From assembly GCF_003704095.1 (NCBI RefSeq), contig NW_020845410.1:372001-436000 (forward strand): a stretch of 64,000 bases of DNA. Direction: 5' to 3'. The notes under the pieces are model-generated. The model did not search any database. It was given only the letters and a program-made list of their open reading frames with translations, and was not told where the DNA came from. The position numbers and the translations under genes were made by a program. This document shows, one piece after another, positions 49,436 to 62,894 of this stretch. Position 1 is the first letter of the stretch. Each line of letters opens with the position of its first letter. The DNA is from Pocillopora damicornis (Eukaryota).

Positions 49436-52400
49436 ATGGCGGACGGCTCCAATAGGAAGGAAAACTGTTTTTCCGTCGAACTGAAACTTTTAGAGGCTGA
49501 ATACGAAAGATCTAAGCTACAGGTGTTCCAAGATACGTTTTTCTGTAAACGGTCTATAGTAGAATTAGAACTCTTGTGTAAAAATGAGCAGCTTATGAAG
49601 AATGTTCGAGTCAATAACAAACTCCGAGAACACGAATGCAGACTGAAGGTAAAACTGAAGGACAATGGTAAAAGATGTAGTCGCATGTTTATTTACCAAA
49701 ATTTAGTCATTTTAGTTCTTAAATCACTGAATTTCACATCTATGGTCATTTGATAGGATGACATTTCAATCTTTTCTCCTGTATAGGAGCAGGTTGAATC
49801 CCTGTCAACGGAACTCGAAAACGTCACAAGCCGGCAACAAACCACTCAAAAGACACTCCAGGTAAATGCCGATTACCAATTCTTGTTTTCTTGAGCCTCC
49901 TTGGGATCGGCGAAATAGATCGCGATCGAGGTATTGTAGTGTAGGCTCCATTTTGGGTAACCTGTGGAAACCCTCCTCGAAAGTTCACACAGTTCTCGGA
50001 AAGATTCTAATTAAATTTGAGAGCGTCTGGATCTTTTATCATTATTCAATAGTCATTTTCATCATCATCATCTCCTCCGTGCTTGTCACTGCTGTTATCA
50101 TTATCTCATTTTAAACTTTGACCGATAGGATGAAAAAATTCAGCATCTTCTGGAAAAGAAAGAACTGGAAGACAGAATGAAATCGGAAATGGATGGAAAA
50201 ATTGAAAAGTACAGAGCCACTTCGAGTAACAAGGAAAATTTATTGAAAAGGGAGATTAAGACCTGGAAGGTAATTTTTACGAAGCATTTTTCTAACGAAC
50301 AAAAAGATGAAAACCTCTTGCTAGCCTTAAAGATAGTTTCATCACAAAGTGATATCCTATGTCCAAGGATTTGTACATGTCTTGGAGAATAGTTCTTGAA
50401 CCCCTCTCCAATGAAAACTCCTCCATTCATGGGGGCACGTCTTAGTTTTCAGTCATATTTTTCCTCTCCTTTCCGCAAAGGACAAGCAGATTCAAGCATC
50501 TAAGGACGCTGAAGAACTCAGGAGGGAGCTGAAAAAGAAAGAAGTTTCGATGAAGGTAAATTTTTTTTTCGTTTCACCATCCTTACTTGACGATTAAAGC
50601 GTTTTGAGTGCTATTTTTTAGTTTTTGTCCGTTCATAGAAGGGGGGAGACTCACTTTGTGAACTGAGTTGTAGTCTCTGTGGTCAGTTGCACGAGTTCAG
50701 ACTGGTTTCGATCCTTGTAACTGAACGTAGCATCAAAATTCAGTCACCCTGACAGATTTTCATAGACTTAATTCAGAGCACACGAAGAAAATTGTCGCTG
50801 CGACTTTTCCCCGTGAAACGTCGCTGCGAATTGTCGTTTAGTTAACCCGGCCTTTCAGTGCACCCAAATGTTAGCCAGAAAAAGAAACGAATGCGGCAGA
50901 AACGCCTTCAGTAAATCAGCTAGTTTGTAATAAATAACATTTCCTTTTTGGAACAAGACCAAGGGTATTCAAGCCAGGACTGATGTGAACAACGCTTCAA
51001 CAATGACTCAGGTTGATTCTCAAAAGAGTGACGCCTCGACACAAGTTCAAACCTCCGCTTTGATGAGCGAACTTTTCCAAGGGTCTAACGGCCAAGAGAT
51101 TGGCGGAGATCTGCAAAATGGGAATGCGAGTGACAATGGAAAGAAGGATGTTGTGAAAGCAGATAGGAAAATGAATAATCAGAGAGGAAGGAAAAAAGCG
51201 GAACCGAGGAAAGATCAACACAAATATGACAGGGGAAGAAAAGCGAAAGATAAAACTGTCCAAGACAGTAATAAAGAACAAGAAGACGACAAATTTGGTA
51301 AGAAAGAAAACGAAGGAAAACAAAAGAGTCCTCAAAAGGAGAAGGTTCTTCGTAATCATAACGTTACATGTGAGAGGAGTACTTCAAATACACTGAGAGA
51401 AGAGCAAAGGGAAATCCTTGAAGTCTGCAACGCCAGAGGTTTATCGATAGCATCCGGTGCTTCTGAAGAGGATGACGTCCCTTTCCAGGATTACAAAACC
51501 CCGGGGAAGTCACATAAATCACCAGAGACTGGTAAAAACCCGGATATAAGTGAAGATAAACCTGGTATGGAGGTTCAAGAGGAAGATGTAACCTCAGTGA
51601 AAAAGGGACGTGGTGAAATTGTACGAGAGGTGCTACAACACGCATTTGTTGAGGATATTGCAAACAGGAGAGAATTGGAAAGTGGCGAAGAAGGAAAAGT
51701 GAAATTAAAAAACGACGACTTGCAAGATCATGAAAAGAAATTTGAGAAGAAACCTTCACAGAAGCAGATTCCTGAAAGTTTGAATCCAGGGACTGAAGAA
51801 CAGAAGATCTCATCCATTGACGAAGACAACGATTTCTTTGTTGATTTGAGTGAAGAACAAAAACAATTGACTGAGGACAATAAAAAAGTAGAAACGTCTT
51901 CTAAAGATAAGCGGGATGAAGAGTTCTCGGGCGTCCAAGAACAGGACAAGAAAAAACTAAAGAGCACAAGGGAAAAAGGAAGCCAAAGACGAGTTACATC
52001 AACAGAAGATAAGTCTTCACCTGAGGAAGGCAACGCGATTGAGCAGAGAAGCGCACACGAAAACACAGATCAAGGGTCAAGAAGAGTCTTGAGAAGAAGA
52101 GCAAAAAAAATTAAACCAAAACCAAATGTTATTGACGGCGAGACCGTGGCAAAGAAATCCAAAGCCGGTGTCGAATGTCAGAAAGGTAGCGAACCCGCCA
52201 TTTCGAAGACATCATCACCAGAAGTTAATCCATTTCCTCGTGACATTGAGATGTCATCATGTGAAATTGATCGCCCGGGTGTTGACAAGTCACGCCTCTC
52301 ACGTGCGACGACAGCTCACAAACCTCTTGACGGGACATCTCAACAACCGGAAACGGAAGTGCTGGAAGGGCTGAGTAATGGGACATCCGCTCACGGCCAA

Positions 52401-54316
52401 CTTTCCAGAAAACAAAACAAAGGGAAGTTGGTTTTAAGCGACAATTCAATCAAAACGGTCGAAGAATCATTATCTGACCATGAAAAACCCTCACATAGCG
52501 AGAAATGCCAAAGTGGGCTTGAAATTAACAATGAAAAGGAAAAAGATGACCTCCCCTTGAAGAACAGAAACAAGAGGCACACCGCGCAGGAGTTACAAGC
52601 AGTTGATGATGTCATTAAATCAAAGAAACAACAAGACGTAGGCACCACTGACATGGATTCTAACACGCAACTATCGTGTCAGGCTAATGAACAGAACTCG
52701 CGGGACACAGGTCGATCAAGAAAAAACGGGCAAGGTCCCACAGAATCAGGGGGCAAAGGGAAAATAGTATGGGGCACAAAAGAAAATACACAAGGTGGCA
52801 AACAAAAGGTAATTAAGAAAAGGTAAGAAACTTTTCTTTTCTTTTTTCTTTCTTTTTTTTTTTTTGTGAAGTTGATGAGGTTTTGTCAAGAAAGAGGAGA
52901 TTTTTGCGAAAAGGTGATGAACATTTTTCAAAAACGTGACGACTCGAACCTCATACCTTACGATTTCTCAGTCTGATGCTTGATCAGCTGAGCAATAGAA
53001 CACTCGGCAATGAACAGGGCCTCTTTTCAGGACCAGAGGTGTATATTATTTTGAGGTATTTTAAGCTTAATATAAAAAGTCACTTTCCATTTTTTTTAGT
53101 CGCTACTCCATCTTCATTGGCGATTTCACTTTGTTATCTAGTGGATATTCAGTCTTCAGAGACAACTTCGAGTGAACACCGCCCTCCAAAACACAAATAA
53201 AATTATAAACGCCAAAGCGTTTAATCTAATTTATTAGGGAGTTTAATATCACTGAAATTCTTTCCTCCCTTTTTCCAACCACGACACGCAGAGATGACGC
53301 CAATAAGACTAAACAACATCCGAGCTTTGACAAGGAACAATAAGTTTTCGGCGTAAGATGGCATTTTGAGACAAATACTGCTGTGAAAAACAATGTCGAG
53401 AGCGTGACCTTGCAAAATATTCCTCAATAGATCACTTTCCTCGAGAATTTAAACTATGACGAGCTCAATAACAATACTGTCTTAAATTTAGATATTTCAT
53501 TCAAAAATACCAGGGGAAAAAATCTTTCCGGAGGCAGAACCTAATGAAATATATCTTTCCGGAGGTTTTCCTGCCTTTTAAACCTATTTTCTGAAACGAA
53601 GTGAATATCTTTCCGTTTTAAAGAGAGTCTCATTTAAAACGTCCTTCTTCGTATGGCTTGCTCACGAGGGGCACTTACGTCGCAGAAATCTCTTAGATTA
53701 TTAAAACTGTGCAAAATCACAAAAAACAACAACGTGGCTCAGTCGAACTAGAGAGATTCCCAGACCTTCGAGGTATTTTGGTTACCATCGAAAAGAGACT
53801 CATTGGGTTGCCCCACGTGTACCGATATCACTTAGTGCTTCTTGGGATTAGTGTTACTTAATCTGTCACTAGCGAGTCCAGCCCCTTTGTAAACACGTAA
53901 AATACTGTGGTGAAAAATGCTGTTTTTGTCTGGTCTTAGAAAACCTAGTCCGCGTGTCCGTGAGGTGTCCGCTCTATCCGAAAAGCAGTGTGGCTCGACC
54001 TGCACCACAAACACTGAAAACCCCTCCATATTGGACTGCACCAAAAAACGCAAGACTTTATTCAACTCGCGAGAAAATTCTCTACTGGTTCAGGTGCCAG
54101 ATGTTCAGGTAAGGAAATGAAAGGAGAGAAAAAAAATTGAAATCTAATCGTGGTTTCTTTCTGATTCATTATAATATTTACAGAATTTTTTTCTTCAAAC
54201 AGATATCGTTTGTGAATAAAACTTTGTCGAGAAGCCGTGCAAATGCTGGTATTCCACCATCCCTGTCGGCCTTCATGAGGAGTTTCATTGCTCCAAAACT
54301 CAAGAAATCAAGCTGA
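49436..54316 (+). CDS. Uncharacterised ~883-aa protein: N-terminal coiled coil plus long K/E/D/S-rich disordered region
   Basis: Exons 49436-49648, 49787-49861, 50129-50269, 50481-50555, 50958-52822, 53940-54108, 54203-54316 (2652 nt, in frame, GT-AG). Ends '...SAFMRSFIAPKLKKSS*'. Confidence 0.75.
52935..53000 (-). mobile_element. tRNA-derived SINE head fragment
   Basis: Minus strand TTGCTCAGCTGATCAAGCATCAGACTGAGAAATCGTAAGGTATGAGGTTCGAGTC: A/B-box-like but no clean cloverleaf. Confidence 0.45.
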
Positions 54317-57300
54317 TGTCACTCTTAGCGGGGTCGCCTTCTCCTGGATTCTTTCTGTGTAAATGAAGCTCCCGGAATTTTTCAAAGAATAAGCAGAGAA
54401 CAAGGCTGATAGTGTTTGAAAAAATTCACCAATGTACGATCAAAACAGGGCTCGGATTTATGCTCATGGAGGAACATTTTAAGGTCTTTTTGTTTACGTT
54501 GTGGCTCTCAAAAAATGGAGATAAAAGCAGGAAACACTAAAAATAGCATGAATTGAGCCGAAGTTTTTTTTTCGACGATCGATTACAAAATAAGTTACGT
54601 CCCCATTTTGAAATGGCCCATTACATACGCCCTCGAATTAGAATTTGTGCAAGACACAACAACAAGGTTAGATATTACCGCGGTCAAAAAATGCTTTGGT
54701 CTTCCGTGACAATAACTCATTTTTTATCGTTAGCTGAAGTAAAAAAACAATTGCGAATATGACTGATCTGCGTAGTTTGATGAATACTTTTGACCGCAAC
54801 TATATTGTAGCGATGTTTCAATCACAAAACTTGCAAAAAACTTATAGACTGTCACACGAGAAGGCGAGATCTAAACAGTATTGCCATTTGCGGAAGTCAA
54901 GCTGGCTACTTAGATCTATTTTAATTTACACATTTCTGTGTTGAAAAAAAAAAAAGTATTTTGAAGGAGGATTATTTGTTTTTTAACTGTATATGCAGCA
55001 ATATCTTTGACATAGATCGTAAGAGGCCGGATCATGTGTCAATATTAGGATGTATTTTGTTTTCCTCAGCGATATTTAGGTATAGTACTGGCGTATATTA
55101 GCCTGTGTTTACGCTCCCTCTTTACCCACCCCTCTCCCCAAGATTATAGAAAGTTTTTGCAATACCATCCACCATTGAACCCTGAAATAACGAGTAGCTA
55201 TTGTGGTTGTAAATTTATCATGTCTCAAAAAGGTGAAATCAGCTGTGCTTGTTTGTTTATTTTTCATCCATTGCATGTTTTTGATATTTAATGTTTTTAG
55301 ATGTTTAATTTGCATGCAAATTAAAACCCGCGTGTTATAATGATGTCAAGTAAGTTAGGCACAATATATTTAATGTCTCTTGGAATAATTAAACCTTTTT
55401 AATTATAACAAAGATATTTTTAAAACCGACCCTACTTTCAGTTCTATAGCATCTTACTTGTTTACCTTCCCTCTTCCCTTCATTCAAGACAAAATAACCG
55501 CATTAATAAAACAGACAGCAAACAGGTGGAAGACGTTACTTCGTCCCTTTGTGAACATTTTATTTCGCCTTCTAATTTTTCCATCAAGAGGGGACTAAAA
55601 AAAAAACCTCGTATCAGCTTTTGAGAAATGTGCGTCGAATTAAAACCTGTCATTAAGTGACAATATTTTTAAATCCGCCCTCTTCCTAAAAGCATTTGTC
55701 AGACAGTAAACAAAGTTCTGAAATGAGTTACTTTCCTTAACAAGGTTTAAAAGCAATTAAGGAATTCTCAATTTTCATTTTGAGTTTCCTGATGATCGAG
55801 TCTCGTGTTGGTAGGACAGAAACTGTCCGAAAGGTCCAGACCGTATCAGGGTGGGATTTGTTTCTCTTTTTTTGTTTGTTCTTCTCTTTTATAACTTTTT
55901 ATTCCACCGGTGATTAAAAATACGATTTTCTTCCGGCTGTTGGCAAAAAGTATCCTGTAAAGGGTAATTTCGTGGACCACCCAGGGAAACTCATCAATTT
56001 ATTCATTTTTACATTTTAGGCTACGTAATATCAGCAAATATTCTAAAGTACACCGATTGCAATATTAAAAGTTTGAACTCCAAGAACCGGTGCGCCGATA
56101 TTTAGCATTCAGTAAAAAGGATTGATGTTATCCCAATAAAATTTCGTGTTACAACGCGAAGCCCACGCGTGACGGACACGAAATGAAATCTTGCGGTGTT
56201 TCGAGTCTCATTCTGTCAGTGTCAATTTTTTATTCCTTCTCTAATGGCATGGGTTTCTCTGAGAGAATTTACAGATCGACAAAAGATTCGAAGGTTCAAT
56301 CATAACTCACGAAAAACTCTTTAGTAGAGAAAATGTCCTGATATTGAGTTCGATCCAGGAGATATTTACCTTGACTCAATCATGAACATTTTATTCCTCG
56401 GAAATTTTCCGGAAAATATGGAAAACTTGGACCTCCCTGGGTGTTGGAGAAGAACGGGTGCTTTGTTTTAACCCGTATAATAAACGAAACGTTAAACTGA
56501 ATATTAATGTTCTAAACTGAAAACAACGGTTGTTAAGTAGCGGCTGAATTCTAAATTGAAAACTGTCATTTTCTACCCGAAAAAAAAATTGAGCTGGTGG
56601 TTATGGGAGCAGCTTATTTTCTTTTTATGTTTCGCTGAGGTCTCTAAAAAAGCTCGACCTATTTGTTCAGTTGAAGTTATTCCAGCAAAAGCTTGATGGC
56701 TCCCAACGGCTCCCAAATACAAAATCACGATAACAAGCAGACTCCTCCACATACTCAGTGATTCTTCATACTGACAATTTTGTTCTCAGTTTGGTTTCGA
56801 AATTCTCCTTAAAGAAAGAGAAGAAAAAATGAAAAGGTATTTCAGTTATCTAATATGAACATTCTCCAGGCAGATGGAAGACAAAGACTGACTTGCTGTT
56901 TTTGTTTTTTCCCTGAATTTCATTGTTCGAAATCATTCAGTCGTTGACTACCAGCCATATTGACCTTAGCGTATGCGGTGTAGGTGTTTTCATTCAAGAA
57001 AAAAATGATAGGGTTTTTTTTTTTCTCATAATCTCCCATTATTTTGTTCTTGACATAATGTTCTACAAATGCAGTAAAAAAGCAGGAATTTTCGTTTTCC
57101 ATGCCATCTTGCCCAGCGTGATAACATCCCATTTTTCAGTTAGGACAGGTGGTTGATTTTATGAATGACAACTTAAGGGTTTTTGGCACGCGATGTTTTT
57201 CGCGAGGTGGTCTCTTCCTAAAGATGGTCGCCACAGGAGGCAAGATTGTTGGAAAAAAGGAACTAGCTCATTTCCTCGAAATTCTCTGAGGCAAAGTATA

Positions 57301-60300
57301 TATCAGAATGTTTTTTTTTTTTTGCTATTTCGATTTGCACATTGTGCTCATACACATCTGACTTCGCAGTTTTCTTTCCGATTACTAATTCATTAGAATC
57401 TATAAATACTTTCGCGATATCGCGCGATGTCCATGGGACGTCCACTCACCTGTCAGACCTGTTAAAACAGAGAAACGTGAACTGCATCAATTTGTGTGAT
57501 AAGCTAAATGTGCTATTAAGAGAATTCTGTCATTTCAGAGCTCAAGAGCAAAGGAAATTTACCGACCTTTCACCTGTTCGGCTATAATTGTGGTCGTTTC
57601 CTCCATTATGGAAAGATGATATGGACAATTTTCAGACTAAATTTGAAGTAAATGAAAAACTGCGCCTCCTTTTAGGATTAAGCTATAATTAACATGACCC
57701 GTTTGATGGTTGAGCATGTAAATTTAAACTTCCTCAATTTAAAGCACTCTCTAATCTTTCTTATCATCTTCAGCCAGTTGCTTCGGAAAAATAAAATATT
57801 TTCAAACAATTTTCGTTTGACTGAGTTCATTCGTTGCAATTACGCAACGTCCTTTTGTCTCGTTGGTCACTGCACCGAAAACCCTATGTAGAAGCAAACT
57901 GGTAAAATCGAGCAGTTTTGAATTATACATCATGTATAATATGCTTTATCGCTGGAATAATCAAACTTAGACTGGATATTGGATATGATCTTCCACCTAA
58001 AAACACCTTAAACCTGTTTGATAACTGCCACAAAGACAATTGGTTTTAAATTAATTTCTTCAGAGAACTTCACGGAAGGACAAAGGTTTGTTTTGTCTTG
58101 TTTTGCGTCCGTTTGCTTCGTTTGTATTACTAAGAGAAGTTTGATATTGAAACGAAAGAAGGTTGTGTTGATGATTAAAGACTTTGGAAGATTAATTTCC
58201 CAGAGCAATTAGTCATTTTTCTAAATGATTATCGTAATGAGTTCTTCGCTAAGTTGTTTTTTCGAGACAAGAAACATTATTCAATATAATAACCGTCTTT
58301 AAACTAGACAGGTGGAAGAGAATGATCTTAATTTGTGGAAAAGAGTTTGAGAAAACATAACAGTGAGGCAAAGGAAATAATAGCGAAAGAGACGATTCTA
58401 GATCAACAGCTTAGCAGAAAAAAGGTTTTAGCCGACATCAACCAGGGCAATTATGCAAAGGAAATAAGAACGGGTAACTCATTAGATGCAAAGACTGTTG
58501 TTGACACGTCGCTAAAAAGTTCATGTCTTCCGAATGGTGGGAAAGTTTATCATAATTTAAAAAGAGTAAAAAATAGCTTTTTTCCCTAATAAGAAGATTA
58601 AAACCTGTTAGGAGAGTTCATTGCTAGAAGATCTTGATTTCACGGTGCAAGCATTTACATCAACAAAACTAAGTTTTATTAACACCGAATCGTTCCTCTC
58701 TTCTTTTTTTAAAGAGCTGAATAACAGCTACAAAAGTGCTTAAGTCATCGATATTTAGGCTGATATTCATGCAAGTTATTCATCGATATTTGTGCCGAAT
58801 AAATGCCAGTTTTAATATTTGAGCCAGACACGATTTGTATTGCATAACAGCTTTCACTGAGATCCCATTCATGTGACTTTATCATCTGCCCTCTTCCGAT
58901 GAACATGGACTCTTGTCATCAATCACTCCCCAAATATTTTTACGTTTAGTTGTGTTTATGTATCTATGATATTTTTAGTGTGTGTGAGAGTGCTCATCGA
59001 GCTTGCTGTCTGAGTTTTTATCTCAAGTCCTTGGAAAAGTTCCTGGATTTCCTATCGTACTCAAAACAATATAAAAGTTATACTGAAACACACGAAAATG
59101 AACTTCGAGTTAAATCTACCTCAAAAATTTTATAATTAAGTGTAAAGTGAACTTGATTAGAAAACTTCTGACCAAGTACGGTTTTCTGTTGTTACTGATA
59201 TTGAATTCGGTTTTGAGCACAAAGTCGTGGTCTACATTTGTGTGAGCGAGCTTCTGGTCCAATCTTGCGTTTTAAGATGACTCTTAACAGAACTTAACAC
59301 CTTTCCCGTCAATATTTCAGGTCGCTAAAGGCGTTTATTGATAAGACAGCTTAAAGTGGCAATCCGCACAGTCTGAAATTATCTCTTTTGTGATGCAGGC
59401 CGTAACAGAAGACTTGTTACACGTGGCTGAAAAAAATAACGAACCTTTGCTCTTGAGGGCAGAATTCTATGTAGTTTTGTATTCTAGTGGCATGTGTTTA
59501 CATCAGTTCTTAAACAGTCACCTTCAGTTGAAGCGTGCTTTAACAACCTTATTTTATATTCAAATACTATTTCCTCCATTTTGAATTTTTCAGTTACAAC
59601 TAGAAGCCAAATTCATTTCAACTTATCTTAAGTTGATATAAATATAAGGAATGCGTGGTAAAGTTTACACCAAATTTCTTCGCTGTGCGACATCAAAATA
59701 AAGTTTGTGTTAAAGGAATCGGTGTCAAGACGAAACGAGGTGGCGTGGGTTTGGTGTGAAAACCGTAAAAAATTCAAAGTGTGTCTATATACAAACCACT
59801 AATTCAAAACTAATTGCTCGTAAAATCAAGCTAACAGAATGCAGATCAACCACGACACTAAATCTACCGTGTCCTGAATAAATTTCGGACCGCCCTATTC
59901 ATTATTTAGTGTGGTTTCCGATTGTTTCGCTTGAAAAAAGTGACCACAACAATTCTGCCTTGTGACAGTCTTTATAAACCCTCTCTAAATTGATATGTCG
60001 CACACATCTCAAAGACACAATTTTCAGTTGAATCAATTTTTTTTTTTTAATCTTAAGCCTCGCCGCTTTTTTAAAGGTGAGGGGCCGGATTAGTTGTAGT
60101 GAAGAACTAATTAATGGTTATACAAGGACCCCTGCCGACCTCGAGGGGCTAATTTAACTGATTGTAAATGTGGCGAAGAGAACTATCAATATTAAGTTCG
60201 ATTTTGCCGGACGATAAACGCTATAAACTGAAACAGTTCAAACCTCGCTTAAGAATAACATAGCATAAGGTATTTTACCGGCGGTTAGACTGAGAAGAAT

Positions 60301-62199
60301 TTGATATTCCACTGATTCAAAGGAAATATTTCTTTTACGTTGCTGATATCTTTTCGTCGAACAAATCTTTCCTGGCGTGAATAACTTTTGTCTCACTTGA
60401 AAACTTGATAGTTCTGTCTGACAGCTTCTTAAGATCCCAACAACAGGTCAACGAATGAAACTCTTGATCAAATCCAAACGATATCTTCAAATCCTCTTTG
60501 TGCATTTAGCACAGAAAGAACTTCATTGGAATTCAGTTCACGTCGCTTCACAGCAGTACTTCATGGGTTCCACAAATAGCCCTTGTTTCTCAGATCGCGG
60601 TGACTCGTCTTAATCCGACGATTCAAAAAGAAACTGTTGGTTTTCAACTGCTTGTAAACAAGACATTGTTACATCGTGCCGTGAATTCTGAGTTGGTCGA
60701 GAAAACTAATTTGTCCGTAATCAGCTCAGACCCAGTTGGAAATTGAAATGTGTTCATTTTTTGGACAAAAATGACCCACTGTGTCGGGGCCACCTTATCT
60801 GCATAACCTCTGTCTCCCACAGATTTTAATTTTCCTTTCTAGATTCCAAACAAACATCGCTGCTTGTCGTATGTTATTACAAACTTTCCTCCATGCCAGG
60901 GCTTAAATTGCGCCGGATAATTCCATTCTGTAACAACAGCGGGGCACGACCTTCAATTGAAGGATTGAAAACTCCTTTGAACAATCGTTGAATGTTGTTT
61001 AAGTTACCGCAATAACTTTGAGCTAACTGACGAAATTTACCTTAAAGCATCACAAGAAATTGCACAGTATACTTTTAGAGATTCACTTTTTGATAAACTG
61101 GTTAATTTTAATTTAAAGAGCTCAAACGTCAGGGGACGTCTTACAATTTTACCAAACAGCCTTTTAAGCTAAAAAGAGATGCAAGAAATGTTTAGCCACA
61201 GATAGCTGAAGTTAAGTTGAAGTAGTTAAAATTTAATAGACAATTTGTTGAGCAGTTAGAACTCGTTGCAAACTTGTTTTATTCAAACTCGTAAAACAAC
61301 AGGAAATTGACTCAAAGAAAGGCTCAGTGGCTCGACTGCTGATTATCGAAAGACTGAAAATTACTTCTCTTTCCCTCGAAGCTTCTCGCTGTGTACCCAG
61401 AGATTCTAAACCATTGTGATTCAATTTCACACGCTGTGCGCTTGCTTGTGAAATATGCGTTCTTGAGGGGCTCGGAAAACCTTTAATGACACCACCGGAA
61501 AAAGATTTTTGTGTCTTCGCGACGTGAAAGAAGACCAATATTCATTAGACGTGGGCGTCACAGCATATCATTGGGATAAGGACCTGGCAGCTTCGCAGCA
61601 CGCTGTTCGCATTTCAAGACCGCTTCTTCACTCCTCGAATAACTTATTTATACCATGCTCTCAAGGTGGAAAAAAACCGCGTTTCGAAAGCATGTTGAAT
61701 ATATCCGAAAACGAAGAAAACAACAATTTACAGCCTTATTGTAGAGTTATAATTCTGTTATTTTGTTTTTTGAAAAGCTTTTTATGTTATCTTTGTCTCG
61801 AACCCTTCCCAAATATGACATTTGTAATTTTTGAAGTGTCGAACTACAAAAGTATAATTAAGCTAAATCAACAGAAGTGTGTCATTAATAGCTTGCGCGG
61901 TTTGGTCGAGCTATAGAAGGATTTAGGAAGCTTAAATACTGTCACATGCTGTCACCTGGGAAAGGATTTCTGCTTGGTTTCACCGCGAAGATTTTATTTG
62001 TAGCCGTATGTGGCAGTAAGCTCTAGCAAGCTTTTGTTATTTGAGGTTAGAAGCATAAGTCGGAATCCCCCGGTGGTACTGTCAACACTCCTTCCCCCTT
62101 TGTAATTTTTAACAAGTCTCCGCCAATAAGCGAGCGAGGGAACAAAAGGAGAAATGATGAATGACAACCCGCTCAATTATGTACGAGTTCCGAGCTGGA

Positions 62200-62400
62200 T
62201 ACGGACGGCCGATTGGTCTGTTATGCAAGGGTACTTTGAATAGCCGCGGGCGATAATTCTACCCAGCGCCAACCAATGACGACAAAGAAAAGAACTTGTT
62301 GTTAATTACAATGACAGCTGCTTCGGTGGTTCTACTGTGACGGGAAACCACACTAGGGGGCTACTCAAAAAACGACAGCCCCCTATAAGAACTCGGCTTC
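62200..62400 (+). promoter_or_regulatory. Putative RGM promoter
   Basis: CpG-rich stretch with inverted CCAAT (ATTGG ~62212), CCAAT ~62273 and TATAAG ~62384. Confidence 0.4.
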
Positions 62401-62894
62401 TTTACCCAAGCCCTTTATTTGAACGTGGCTTGGCCAAAGTGAACGTTTGCTGTTAGAAATTTGCGACGGAATCGCGATCGTAACTTGTGAAAAGTTTTCA
62501 ATCGCCTGTAAGGGTCACTTGGGGCGGCGACGGCCTTGTTAATCAGTATCTTTGTATTGGAGCTGTCAACTCTCTGATTGATAAGTGAATTGAGTCATTT
62601 GGTTTTCATTCCCATCAAGCAAATTGGCCTGGACTGGATCGAGCGATCGACTCGCGAGGAAGAACAGAATTGTGACAGTGTTACATGGTCTACATGCAGT
62701 TATGTGCGACAGTTCAGACGGCAGCCTAACAGGGACATGAGTTTTCGATTGAAACGACGAAAAACTGACTTGTGCCGCGTGTTGCTCACGACTTGTTTAT
62801 TTCCGCTTCTACGTGAGTAGACTCTTCAATCGAACGCTCGGATCGCGCGTTCGTTACTATTCGATACGATTCACCGAGTAATCCTTATGTTGTG

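Noticed and set aside
49153-52666. Antisense ORFs over the coiled-coil gene
   Set aside because: Shadow frames; only the last ~38 codons of 49153-49686 include real NAGA-B exon 1.
49436-54316. Shugoshin or SIX6OS1 identity for the coiled-coil gene
   Set aside because: No SGO basic motif (Y.EP.L..KLR) and no recognisable N-terminal similarity; left unnamed.
62204-62220. Smad composite element GRCGNC-N5-GTCT upstream of RGM
   Set aside because: GACGGC and GTCTG are separated by 6 nt, not the required 5.
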